Shown one piece after another: positions 19,536 to 28,201 of a stretch of 64,000 bases of DNA (its first letter is position 1; each line of letters opens with the position of its first letter). A model generated the notes under the pieces. That model was given only the letters and a program-made list of their open reading frames with translations, had not been told where the DNA came from and made no database searches. Origin of the DNA: Candidatus Marinacidobacterium sp. (GTDB lineage Bacteria; Acidobacteriota; Vicinamibacteria; Marinacidobacterales; Marinacidobacteraceae); NCBI GenBank assembly GCA_965204755.1, contig OZ242011.1, positions 3,616,001 to 3,680,000 of the forward strand, given 5' to 3'. A program made the position numbers and the translations under genes.

Positions 19536-20282
19536 TCAGTCTTCCGCCCGGTAGCCCCGCCGCCGGAGGACTTCCCGGACCGGGGCCGACTTCAGGAACC
19601 GGAGGAAACCGGACGCCGCCGGGTTCCCGGCGCCGGCTTCGAGGAGCACCGCCTGCTGGCGGATGGGCGAGTGCATCTCCTCCGGCGCGACCCAGTGGGA
19701 GCCCCCGGCGCCCCCGGCCCCGACCTGGGCGAGCGCGACGAAGCCGGCGTCGGCGTTCCCGGTGTGGACGAACTGGTAGGCCTGCGCCACATTCGTCCCC
19801 CGGACGAGTTGGAAGGGCGCCGCGCCGCCGAGCCCCAGCCGTTCCAGGACTTCCAGCGCGGCCCGGCCGTAGGGGGCGGTTTCCGGGTTCGGGAGGGCCA
19901 GCCGGGCGAGGGGCGGGGAGCGGAGCGACTCCGGGCCGGTGATGCGGCCCGGTTCGCGGCTGTAGAGGGCGAGCCGCCCCACGGCGTAGGTGAACCGGCT
20001 GCCGGGGACTGCGAGCCCGGCGGACTCCGCGAGCGCCGGGCGCTCCTCGTCGGCGGCGAGGAACACCTCGAAGGGCGCGCCCCGGAGGATCTGCGCGTAG
20101 AGGAGGCCGGTGGAGCCGGAACTCAGGAGCGTCCGGTGGCCGGTCTCCCGCCGGAAGAGATCGGAGACCTCGCGGGCCGCCTCGGTGAAGTTCGCCGCCA
20201 CCGCGACCCGGACGGTTTCGGCGGCGGCCGCCGGCGGCGAGGCGGAGAGTGAGCCGAGGAGGAGCGCCGCCGCCGGGAGCAT
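19536..20282 (-). CDS. modA: Molybdate-binding periplasmic protein
   Basis: VAVAANF, GSTGLLYAQI, FLAAD, NPETAPYG. ATG 20282 precedes the signal peptide; an alternative in-frame ATG at 20363 lies inside the repeat element. Confidence 0.93.
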   Translation of the reverse strand: MLPAAALLLGSLSASPPAAAAETVRVAVAANFTEAAREVSDLFRRETGHRTLLSSGSTGLLYAQILRGAPFEVFLAADEERPALAESAGLAVPGSRFTYAVGRLALYSREPGRITGPESLRSPPLARLALPNPETAPYGRAALEVLERLGLGGAAPFQLVRGTNVAQAYQFVHTGNADAGFVALAQVGAGGAGGSHWVAPEEMHSPIRQQAVLLEAGAGNPAASGFLRFLKSAPVREVLRRRGYRAED

Positions 20283-20310
20283 CCTCGAAAGGGGGAAGAG
20301 GAGGCTCGCC

Positions 20311-20393
20311 TCAGCGGCCCGCGGAAAAAGCGCCCCGCTATCCCTTCTCGACCGTCGAAGCATGAAGTCCGCCCGGGTTCCCGGAGGGGCGCC
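20311..20393. mobile_element. Partial MITE-like repeat, copy A
   Basis: 53/60 identical to 43021-43080, then 21/23 to 43085-43107; begins with the terminal motif TCAGCGGCCCGCGGAAAA. Confidence 0.75.
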
Positions 20394-20410
20394 GGCCGGC
20401 GGGGCGGGGC

Positions 20411-21646
20411 TCAGGCCCCGCCGGCGTCCTCCGGGTACTCGGCGGTCATCATGATCTCCACCTTGATCCCCGGCCCCATGAGTTGCGCCTCGACGGTGGC
20501 CCGCGCCGGCGGCGGCGCGCCGACCACTTCCCGATAGACCTCGTTCATCGCCGCGTAGTCGCGCATGTCCTCGAGGAACACGGTGGCGTCCACCACATCG
20601 GCGAAACCGAGCCCGGCGAATTCGAGCGCCTCCGCGAGCCGTCCCAGGACCGCCCGCGTCTGCTCCTTCGGGTCCTCGCTCCGATCCGGGCCCGGCGGCA
20701 CCATGCCGGAGAGGTAGAGCCGGTCGCCCGCCCGGATCCCCGGCGAAAGCGGGCTCCCCGACCGCGGCCCGCCCGGCGACAGGACTTCCCGCTCGGCGTT
20801 GCTGGCCACGCACTGGACTTCCGCGGTGAAGAGCGGGTTGGCGAGGCGCGCCTCCACCGTCGCCCGGCTCGGCGGGTCTTCGGGGAAGAACTCGCGGTAG
20901 GCCTCGTTCATCTCCCGGAAATCGCGCGGGTCTTCGAGGAAGACCCGGCAGTTCGCCACATCCCCGTAGTCCATCCCGCCGGCTTCGAGGATGATGCCGA
21001 TGTTCCCCATGATCCGCTGCATCTGCTCGGTGACGCTCCCGGCCACCGGCTGGTAGGTGTCCGGGTCGCGGGCGGTCGCCCCGGCGACGAACAGCGTGTC
21101 CCCGGAGGCGATGCCCCACGAATAGGGGAGTTCCGGGCTCTTCAGCCGCTCCGGGCGGATCACCCGCCGCTCGGCGCCGGGGCGGATGGCCACCATCGAG
21201 ATCTCGACCAGCGCGCCGGGGACCGCGATCCCGGCCTCCACGGTGGCCCGGGTGGGGGGATCCTCCGGGAAATACTCCCGATAGACGGCGTTCATCTCGG
21301 AGAAGTAGCGGATGTCCGAGAGGTACACATTCACCGCCGCCACCCGCGAGAAGTCCATCCCGCGGCTCTCGAGGACGGCGCCCAGGTTCGCCATGGTCTG
21401 CCGGGTCTGCTCTTCGATGCCGCCGGGAACCAGGTCGAGGGTGCCGGGGAGGTTGCCGAGCGCCCCGGCCAGGTACACCAGGTCGCCGCTCTCCCGCGAT
21501 TCGGAGAAGGGCAGGCCGACCTCGTTCAACCCTTCGTCGGCCCCCTCTTCCGGCGCCGGAGCGGCGCCGCCGCAGCCGGCGGCGCCGGCCGAGAGCAGCG
21601 AGCAGGCGAAGACGGGGCGGGAAAACGCGATCAACTTACGGAACAT
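20411..21646 (-). CDS. Lipoprotein with three tandem RidA (YjgF/YER057c/UK114) domains
   Basis: AGGAGG RBS; signal ending AAGC; three domains carrying PPTRATVEA, PPSRATVEA and PPARATVEA. Confidence 0.9.
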   Translation of the reverse strand: MFRKLIAFSRPVFACSLLSAGAAGCGGAAPAPEEGADEGLNEVGLPFSESRESGDLVYLAGALGNLPGTLDLVPGGIEEQTRQTMANLGAVLESRGMDFSRVAAVNVYLSDIRYFSEMNAVYREYFPEDPPTRATVEAGIAVPGALVEISMVAIRPGAERRVIRPERLKSPELPYSWGIASGDTLFVAGATARDPDTYQPVAGSVTEQMQRIMGNIGIILEAGGMDYGDVANCRVFLEDPRDFREMNEAYREFFPEDPPSRATVEARLANPLFTAEVQCVASNAEREVLSPGGPRSGSPLSPGIRAGDRLYLSGMVPPGPDRSEDPKEQTRAVLGRLAEALEFAGLGFADVVDATVFLEDMRDYAAMNEVYREVVGAPPPARATVEAQLMGPGIKVEIMMTAEYPEDAGGA

Positions 21647-21715
21647 GGCGGGCCTCCTGGGGGGTGCGGCGCGCGCTCGGGGAAGCGGAATTCCCGGCGG
21701 CGGGCGGGGGTTCCG

Positions 21716-21725
21716 ATGGTACATT
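21716..21725. promoter_or_regulatory. Overlapping divergent -10 boxes for lysA (+) and the ridA-like gene (-)
   Basis: ATGGTACATT reads TGgTACATT (extended -10) on plus and TACCAT on minus. Confidence 0.45.
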
Positions 21726-21769
21726 CGCTCGCCGCCCGCCCGACGCGCTCCGAACCGCGCGGAGCAAGA

Positions 21770-23065
21770 GTGCAGCACTCCGTTTTCCGCTACGACTCGG
21801 CCGGGAGTCTCCGCGTAGGGGCGATGTCCGTGGAGGAGGCGCTCCGCGCGTCCGGCGCCGGGACGCCGGCCTACCTCTACGACCTCGACGCGGTAACCGG
21901 CCGCTACGCGGAGTTCCGGGAAGCGGTGGGCGCCGGGCCGGTGGTGGCGGCGGCGCTCAAGGCGAACCCGCTGCCGGCGCTCCTCGCGCCCCTCCGGGAC
22001 CTCGGCGCGGGAGCGGAGGCGGTCTCTGGCGCCGAGGCGCTGCTCGCCCGCGGTCTCGGGTTCCCGGCGGAGCGGATCACGATGTCCGGCGTGGGGAAGA
22101 CCGCGGCGGACCTCGACGCGGCGCTCGAAGCGGGCGCGCGCTTCGTGTCCGTGGAGTCCCCGGCGGAGTTGGAGTTGCTCGCGGAACGCGCGGCGCGGCG
22201 GGGCCGATCGGCCGGGGTCGCGTTGCGGCTGAACCCGGACATCGCGGTGGACACGCACCCCAAGATCGCCACCGGCCGCGCGTCCGCCAAGTTCGGGATG
22301 GCCGAGCCGCTGCTGCTCGAAACCGCGGAGCGGGCGCGGGAATTGGACGGGATCGAGGTGCTCGGCGTCCACGCGCACATCGGGTCCCAGGTTCGCTCCG
22401 CCGCCGCTTTCCGGGAGAACGCGGCGCGGCTGGGCCGGCTCCTCGACCGCCTCCGGGCCGCCGGCCATCCGGCCGACCTCGTGGATGTCGGGGGCGGGCT
22501 CGGACTCTCCGAACGGGACGGCCGGCCGGCGCCGTCCTTCTCCGAGTACGCCGACGCGGTCCGGGAGGGGCTCTCCGCGGCGCGCCCCGCGCCGGAGGTC
22601 TGGTTCGAGCCCGGACGATGCCTCTTCGGCGCCGCCGGGGCGCTGGTGGTGGGCGTGCTCCACACCAAGACTTCCGGGGGCGCGGAGTTCTGCGTCGTGG
22701 ACAGCGGCATGAACGACTTCCTGCGTCCGGCGCTCTACGGGGCGCGGCACCCGGTGCTCCCGACGGTGAGGCGGGACGCGCCCGAGCGCGGATTCGAGGT
22801 CGTGGGGGGCGTCTGCGAGAGCGGCGACTCCTTCGGTTCGGACATCCCGCTTCCGCCGCCCCGCCCCGGTGACCGGCTCGCGGTGCTCGAGGCCGGCGCC
22901 TACGGGTCTTCCATGGCCTCGAACTACAACCTGCGGCCGCGCCCGGCGGAGGTGGTGGTCTCCGGGCGCGAGGCGTTCCTCGTCCGCCGGCGGGAGAGCC
23001 CGGCGGAACTCGCCGCCCGGGAGCGGGAGGCCGAACTCCTGCCGGAAGCGGCGGCCGGGGCGTGA
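21770..23065 (+). CDS. lysA: Diaminopimelate decarboxylase
   Basis: ALKAN (PLP Lys), HAHIGSQ, DVGGG, EPGR, GGVCESGD, GAYGSSMASNYNLRPRP. Confidence 0.93.
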   Translation: MQHSVFRYDSAGSLRVGAMSVEEALRASGAGTPAYLYDLDAVTGRYAEFREAVGAGPVVAAALKANPLPALLAPLRDLGAGAEAVSGAEALLARGLGFPAERITMSGVGKTAADLDAALEAGARFVSVESPAELELLAERAARRGRSAGVALRLNPDIAVDTHPKIATGRASAKFGMAEPLLLETAERARELDGIEVLGVHAHIGSQVRSAAAFRENAARLGRLLDRLRAAGHPADLVDVGGGLGLSERDGRPAPSFSEYADAVREGLSAARPAPEVWFEPGRCLFGAAGALVVGVLHTKTSGGAEFCVVDSGMNDFLRPALYGARHPVLPTVRRDAPERGFEVVGGVCESGDSFGSDIPLPPPRPGDRLAVLEAGAYGSSMASNYNLRPRPAEVVVSGREAFLVRRRESPAELAAREREAELLPEAAAGA

Positions 23066-23625
23066 ACCCGCCGGAGGCCCCCGTCCCGCCGAAGGGCGGC
23101 CGGCCCCCGCTCCCGCCGCCGCGCGGGGCGCTCCTCGGCGCCCTCGGGTTCGTCGGCGTGGGGGCGGTGCTCTTCCACCTCTCTTCGGGGGCGCCGGACC
23201 CCGCCGACTACCTGCTGGCGCTGGGGCTGGTGGCGCTGTTCACGCCGCTGAAGGCGCTCATGATCCGCTGGCTCGACGGACGCCGCCCGTACATATCCGC
23301 CTTCGCCGCCTCGCTCTTCTCGATGGTGGTGGGGCTGGCCTTCCAGCAGGACCTGCCCTTCGGCCAACTCATCGCCCGGAGCACGGTGATCACCGCGGCG
23401 CTCGAATGGCCGGTGCTCTTCGCCCTCCGCACCGCGGACTCCGCCGGACGCCTGCTGGTGTTGACCGCCTACCTGAGCGTGGTCGTGCACCTGCTGTCCG
23501 GAGGTTTCGTCCTCCTGTCCCGCTACCCGGGGCCGGGCGCCCTGCTCATGGCCGCCGGCGTCCTCACGCTCTGGGCGCCGCTCTTCCTGCGCCGCGCAAA
23601 GGAACGCGGAGGCGGCGTCGGCTGA
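23062..23625 (+). CDS. Hypothetical integral membrane protein
   Basis: GTGA overlap with the lysA stop; about 5-6 hydrophobic segments. Confidence 0.75.
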   Translation: MNPPEAPVPPKGGRPPLPPPRGALLGALGFVGVGAVLFHLSSGAPDPADYLLALGLVALFTPLKALMIRWLDGRRPYISAFAASLFSMVVGLAFQQDLPFGQLIARSTVITAALEWPVLFALRTADSAGRLLVLTAYLSVVVHLLSGGFVLLSRYPGPGALLMAAGVLTLWAPLFLRRAKERGGGVG

Positions 23626-23680
23626 CGCGGGCCGCCGCGGTCGGCCGGCCCCGGTCCCGTCGGGGGCTCGACCGATCGGG

Positions 23681-24940
23681 TCAGGGCCGGTTCGGGGCCT
23701 CGCTGCGGATGGCGCCCACCGTCATGAGGAGGGCCTCGACATCGGCCTCGCCGAATTCGCCGTCCGCGGTGGCGGCGGCGACCAGGCGGGCGGCGCGCCA
23801 CACCTGGAGGACGCCGACCCGTCCTTCGCGGCTGAGTTCCGAGAGGGTCTCGAAGGCGGCGTCTATCTCCGCCCCCCTCCCCTCGGCTTCGGCGGGGAGC
23901 GCGTCGCGGGAGATGATGCGCAGCGACTCGATCGCCGCGGCCCGCTGCGCTTCGGGGGCGACGATGTAGCCGAGATAGGTGAACAGTCCCCCGGCCACCA
24001 CGACCCCGGCCGTCAGGGAGAGGCCGAGCGCCAGGTAGCCGAGGCGGCGGCGCGCCGCCGGGACGCCCGCGAGTTCCCGGCCGATGCTCAGCGCGCCGGG
24101 CGGCGGACTCGGCGCTTCCGGCAGCCGTCGGCGACCGGGTTCCTCCGCGGGCCGGCCGGAGGTCTTCGCGGCGCCCTCGGCGGGGACGAGCCGCCGGCAG
24201 TAGCCGAACCCCACGATGGCGAGGATCGCCGCCGCCGGGATCAGGATGTTCGCCGGAACCCAGAGCGGGTCGGCCAGGGTCTCCACGCCGGCGAGGTTGT
24301 AGAGGAGCAGCGCGGCCAGGTTGTGGAAGAAGTGGATCGAGATCGGCGTCAGGATGCTGCCGGTCGCCCGGGCGGCGAGACCGAGGACCAGTCCGGCCAC
24401 GAAGTAGTTCGGGAGCAGCAGGCCGTGCATCACCGTGAACAGCAGCGCGGAGAGCGCGATGGAGCCGTACCGCCCCAACCGGCGGAAGCCGCACAGGATC
24501 ACCCCCCGGAACAGCATCTCTTCGGCGAGCGCCGCGCCGCAGGCGATGCCGGCGATCCGGATGACCCACGAGGCGAGGCTGTCCGCGGTGACCAGTTCCG
24601 CCGCCGCGCGCAGGACTTCCTCGTCCACCGGGAGGAAGAGCCGGCCCAGGGTCGCCAACTGGTCGCTGACCACGAACAGCGCGAGCGCCGCCGGAACCGA
24701 CAGCAGGAGGTCGAACAGGGACGCCGGGCGCAGCCGGAACACGCGGAACGGGTCCAGCCGGAAGATCCGGATGGCCGCGAGCGCGGTGAGCAGCGTGAGG
24801 CCCGGCGTCGCGAGCACCGCGAAGCCCAGCGGGAGGCCGGTCCGGGCGAGGAACACCCCGAGGCCCAGGACCGCCGCGAAGGCGGTCGCGAAGGCGAGGA
24901 GCGCCTGTCCGGGAGTGGGCAGTCCGGGGGGCTTCTTCAC
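23681..24940 (-). CDS. CPBP/CAAX-family intramembrane glutamic endopeptidase
   Basis: AEEMLFRG, FTVMH, IHFFHN motifs; likely GTG start at 24940. Confidence 0.88.
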   Translation of the reverse strand: MKKPPGLPTPGQALLAFATAFAAVLGLGVFLARTGLPLGFAVLATPGLTLLTALAAIRIFRLDPFRVFRLRPASLFDLLLSVPAALALFVVSDQLATLGRLFLPVDEEVLRAAAELVTADSLASWVIRIAGIACGAALAEEMLFRGVILCGFRRLGRYGSIALSALLFTVMHGLLLPNYFVAGLVLGLAARATGSILTPISIHFFHNLAALLLYNLAGVETLADPLWVPANILIPAAAILAIVGFGYCRRLVPAEGAAKTSGRPAEEPGRRRLPEAPSPPPGALSIGRELAGVPAARRRLGYLALGLSLTAGVVVAGGLFTYLGYIVAPEAQRAAAIESLRIISRDALPAEAEGRGAEIDAAFETLSELSREGRVGVLQVWRAARLVAAATADGEFGEADVEALLMTVGAIRSEAPNRP

Positions 24941-24972
24941 GGTGTCCGCCGGCTTTCGGAGGGGAGTTCCGG

Positions 24973-24981
24973 TGCTACCTT
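24973..24981 (+). promoter_or_regulatory. Extended -10 leaderless promoter
   Basis: TGcTACCTT-7 nt-GTG (24989). Confidence 0.55.
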
Positions 24982-24988
24982 GCCCGCC

Positions 24989-25321
24989 GTGCCCGACACG
25001 ATCTCCACAGGATACCGTCCGCCTCCCGCCCCGGCGGAACCGGCGGCCGGGGGCCTCGCGCCCTCCGGGAAGGCCGGGGCGTTGGAGCGCCTGCCGACGC
25101 GGCCCCGGCGCGGGGGCTTCTTCCGGGCGTTGCGAATCGTCGTGGGTTTCGCGCTGCTGGCCCTCGGGGTGGTCGGGCTCTTCCTGCCGGTGCTGCAAGG
25201 AGTCCTGCTCCTCCTGGCCGGGCTCGCGGTGCTGGGGCGGGACCTGCCCTGGGCGCGCTCGCTCACCGACCGCCTGGCCGGTTACCTGAAGCGCCGCCGG
25301 GCGCGCTCCGGCGGGGGCTGA
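24989..25321 (+). CDS. Small membrane protein, PGPGW-like family
   Basis: RIVVGFALLALGVVGLFLPVLQGVLLLLAGLAVL...WAR. Confidence 0.75.
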   Translation: MPDTISTGYRPPPAPAEPAAGGLAPSGKAGALERLPTRPRRGGFFRALRIVVGFALLALGVVGLFLPVLQGVLLLLAGLAVLGRDLPWARSLTDRLAGYLKRRRARSGGG

Positions 25322-25349
25322 GTCGGCGCCCGCCTTCCCGGACCGGCCC

Positions 25350-27881
25350 GTGGGAGTCCCGGAAGAACTCCGGCGGCGCTACCGCGCGCTCGTCGCCGAG
25401 GTCGCCCGTCACGACCGGCTCTACTACCTCTACGACGCTCCCGAAATCGGCGACGACGAGTACGACCGCCTCTACCGGGAGTTGGAGTCCCTCGAACGGG
25501 CCCGCCCGGGGATCGCGGACCCGAACTCCCCCACGCAGCGGGTGCCCGGGGGCGTCGCCGAAGGGTTCGCCGAAGTCCGGCACCTGAAGCCGCTCCTCTC
25601 GCTGCAGAGCGTCCTCGAAGACGGGGAGGTCCGGGAGTTCGCCGAACGGACGGAGCGGGAGATCGGCCGGGAGGGGATCGTCTATTGCCTGGAGCCGAAG
25701 TTCGACGGGCTCTCGGTGGAGTTGGTCTATGAGGACGGGGCCTTCCGGCGCGGAAGCACCCGGGGCAACGGCGAAGTGGGGGAGGACATCACGCCCAACC
25801 TCCGGACCATCCGCACGCTGCCGCTCCGGTTGTCCGGTTCGTCGTTCCCGGCGACGCTGGCGGTCCGGGGGGAAGTGGTCCTCCCGGTCGCGGCGTTCCG
25901 CCGGATGAACCGGCGCCTCGAAGAGGAGGGGAACCCGACCTTCCAGAACCCGAGGAACGCCGCCGCCGGCTCGCTCCGGCAGTTGGACTCCCGGGTGGCG
26001 GCCGCCCGTCCGCTGGCGCTTTTCGCCTACGACATCCTGGTCTGGGAGTCCGCGCCCGGGGGGGCGCCGGCGCCGCCTCCGCCGGAGACGCAATCCGGCG
26101 CGCTGCGGACGCTGGCGGCGCTCGGTTTCACGGTGGCGGCGGAGGGCGGGAGCGCCGACGGGGACGGGCGGGGCGTGTGGTGGGAGACCGGGGTCGGGGT
26201 CGAAGCCGTGCTCGACTACCGCCGGCGGTTGCTCGCCGGGCGGGAGGCCCTCCCGGTGGAACTCGACGGGGCGGTGGTCAAGGTGGACCGGGTGCTCGAC
26301 CGGGAGGAGATCGGGGTCCGGTCGCGGAGTCCGCGTTGGGCGGCGGCCTGCAAGTTCCCGCCGGAGACCGCGGAGACCACCCTCGAGGAGATCGGGCTCC
26401 AGGTGGGGCGCACCGGCAAACTCACGCCGGTGGCGCACCTCGCGGCGGTGGAGGTGGCCGGGGTGGTCGTGCGGCGGGCGAGCCTCCACAACGAGGCGAT
26501 GGCGCAGTCGCTGGGCGCCCGCCCCGGCGACCGGGTGCTGGTGCAGCGGGCCGGGGATGTGATTCCGCAGGTCGTGCGGACGGTCTCGCCGAAGCGGGAA
26601 GCGGAGGGCGCCGCCTGGACGATGCCCGACGAGTGTCCGGTCTGCGCCGGGCCGGTGGAACTTTCGGGGGCGAACCACTTCTGCCGGAGCGGCTGGGATT
26701 GTCCGGCGCAGCGCCACGCCCGCCTCGTCCACTTCGTGAGCCGGGGCCGCATGGAGATCGAGACCCTGGGGGAGGAACTCGTGGAGGCGCTGACGGAACA
26801 GGGGCTGCTCTCGACGCCCGCCGACCTCTACCGGCTGAGCCGGGAGCGGTTGCTCGCCGTGCCGAGCCGGTCCGCCGGGCGGCCGTTCGACCGCGCGGCG
26901 GCGGAGGCGGTGGTGGCGGCGCTCGCCGAACGGCGGGCCGCGGCGGAGAAGGCGCCCGACGATGCGCCGCTCGCGGAGCGCGCGGCCGAGGAGCGGAAGC
27001 CGCTCGTCAAGTACATCGCCGGGCTGGACTTGCCCGGAGTCGGCGGCGTCACCGCGGAGTCGCTGCTCGATACCGGGCTCGTGGCGCGGCGGGCCGACCT
27101 GTTCCGGCTCACCGTCGAGGACCTCCTGTCCCTCCCGGAGCGCAAGCGGCGGCCCTTCGCCGAGCGCTCGGCGAAGAACCTGCTCAAGGAGATCGAGGCC
27201 AGCCGCTCCGTCCGGCTCGACCGGTTCCTGTTCGCCCTGGGGATCCCCCACATCGGGCAGCGCGCGGCGCGGGTGCTGGCGGGAAGGTTCGGCGCGCTCG
27301 GGGCGCTTCGGGCCGCGACCCGGGAGTCGCTCCTCGAAGTGCACGAGATCGGCGAGCAGGCGGCGGACGCGCTCACCGCCTTCTTCGCCGACGAGGGGAA
27401 CCGGCGGATGCTCGACGACCTGGCGTCGCTCGGCGTCTCGCCGACCTGGGAGGCCACCGGGGAGGCGACGCTGGCCGGGCTCAAGATCGTCCTCACCGGC
27501 AGCCTGACCGGGATGACCCGCGAGGAGGCGGCCGAGTTGATCGAGCGCCACGGCGGCCAGACGCCGTCGAGCGTGAGCAGCCGGACTTCGCTGGTGATCG
27601 CCGGCGAAAAGGCCGGGTCGAAACTCGACCGGGCGAGGGAACTCGGCGTCCCGGTGGGCGGCGCGGCGGACCTGGTGCGGCTCGCCGCCGGGGAGATCAC
27701 CCTGGACGATCTCGCCCCCCCGGCGGAGCCGGAACCGGGGCCCCTGTCGGAATCCAGTTCGGAGTCCCGATCGGACTCGAAACCGGCGGGGCTCTTCGCC
27801 GACGGCGGGGCCGCGCCCGGCGGCGAAGCGGGCGGCCCCTCCGACTCCACGCCGGAAACCGGCGGGGGCGCGGAGGCGTAG
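25350..27881 (+). CDS. ligA: NAD-dependent DNA ligase
   Basis: EPKFDG, STRGNG, NPRNAAAGSLRQ, OB fold, Cys4 zinc finger, HhH repeats, BRCT (GEKAGSKL). Confidence 0.97.
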   Translation: MGVPEELRRRYRALVAEVARHDRLYYLYDAPEIGDDEYDRLYRELESLERARPGIADPNSPTQRVPGGVAEGFAEVRHLKPLLSLQSVLEDGEVREFAERTEREIGREGIVYCLEPKFDGLSVELVYEDGAFRRGSTRGNGEVGEDITPNLRTIRTLPLRLSGSSFPATLAVRGEVVLPVAAFRRMNRRLEEEGNPTFQNPRNAAAGSLRQLDSRVAAARPLALFAYDILVWESAPGGAPAPPPPETQSGALRTLAALGFTVAAEGGSADGDGRGVWWETGVGVEAVLDYRRRLLAGREALPVELDGAVVKVDRVLDREEIGVRSRSPRWAAACKFPPETAETTLEEIGLQVGRTGKLTPVAHLAAVEVAGVVVRRASLHNEAMAQSLGARPGDRVLVQRAGDVIPQVVRTVSPKREAEGAAWTMPDECPVCAGPVELSGANHFCRSGWDCPAQRHARLVHFVSRGRMEIETLGEELVEALTEQGLLSTPADLYRLSRERLLAVPSRSAGRPFDRAAAEAVVAALAERRAAAEKAPDDAPLAERAAEERKPLVKYIAGLDLPGVGGVTAESLLDTGLVARRADLFRLTVEDLLSLPERKRRPFAERSAKNLLKEIEASRSVRLDRFLFALGIPHIGQRAARVLAGRFGALGALRAATRESLLEVHEIGEQAADALTAFFADEGNRRMLDDLASLGVSPTWEATGEATLAGLKIVLTGSLTGMTREEAAELIERHGGQTPSSVSSRTSLVIAGEKAGSKLDRARELGVPVGGAADLVRLAAGEITLDDLAPPAEPEPGPLSESSSESRSDSKPAGLFADGGAAPGGEAGGPSDSTPETGGGAEA

Positions 27882-27889
27882 AGGACATC

Positions 27890-28081
27890 GTGCCTACTTT
27901 CCTGCTCTGGCTGCTGGTCTTCGTCGTCTGCTGGCCGATCGCGGTGCTCGCGCTGCTCCTGTGGCCCCTGGTGTGGCTGTTCCTGTTGCCGTTCCGGCTC
28001 CTCGGCGTCGCGGTGGACGGGGTATTCACCTTCCTGCGGGCGATGCTGACGCTGCCGGGACGGATGCTCGGCGCCCGCTGA
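27890..28081 (+). CDS. Small hydrophobic membrane protein (63 aa)
   Basis: GAGGA RBS, GTG start; FLLWLLVFVVCWPIAVLALLLWPLVWL. Confidence 0.75.
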   Translation: MPTFLLWLLVFVVCWPIAVLALLLWPLVWLFLLPFRLLGVAVDGVFTFLRAMLTLPGRMLGAR

Positions 28082-28201
28082 GGCCTCGGCCGCCACCAAC
28101 CGGGACAATCGAACCGCGCCCGGACTCCCGGCGCGCGCCGGGGGCGGCGTCGAGGGACTTCCGGCGCGGCGGGCGCAGCGCGGAACCGGGAGAATGCGCC
28201 G

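Noticed and set aside
20290-20400. Moco riboswitch upstream of modA
   Set aside because: I could not match the Moco motif; the sequence is instead homologous to a TIR-bounded repeat found beside unrelated genes. An Rfam scan would settle it.
28140-28180. Possible fifth MITE fragment (GAGGGACTTC)
   Set aside because: The match is only about 10 nt with no TIR, compatible with chance.
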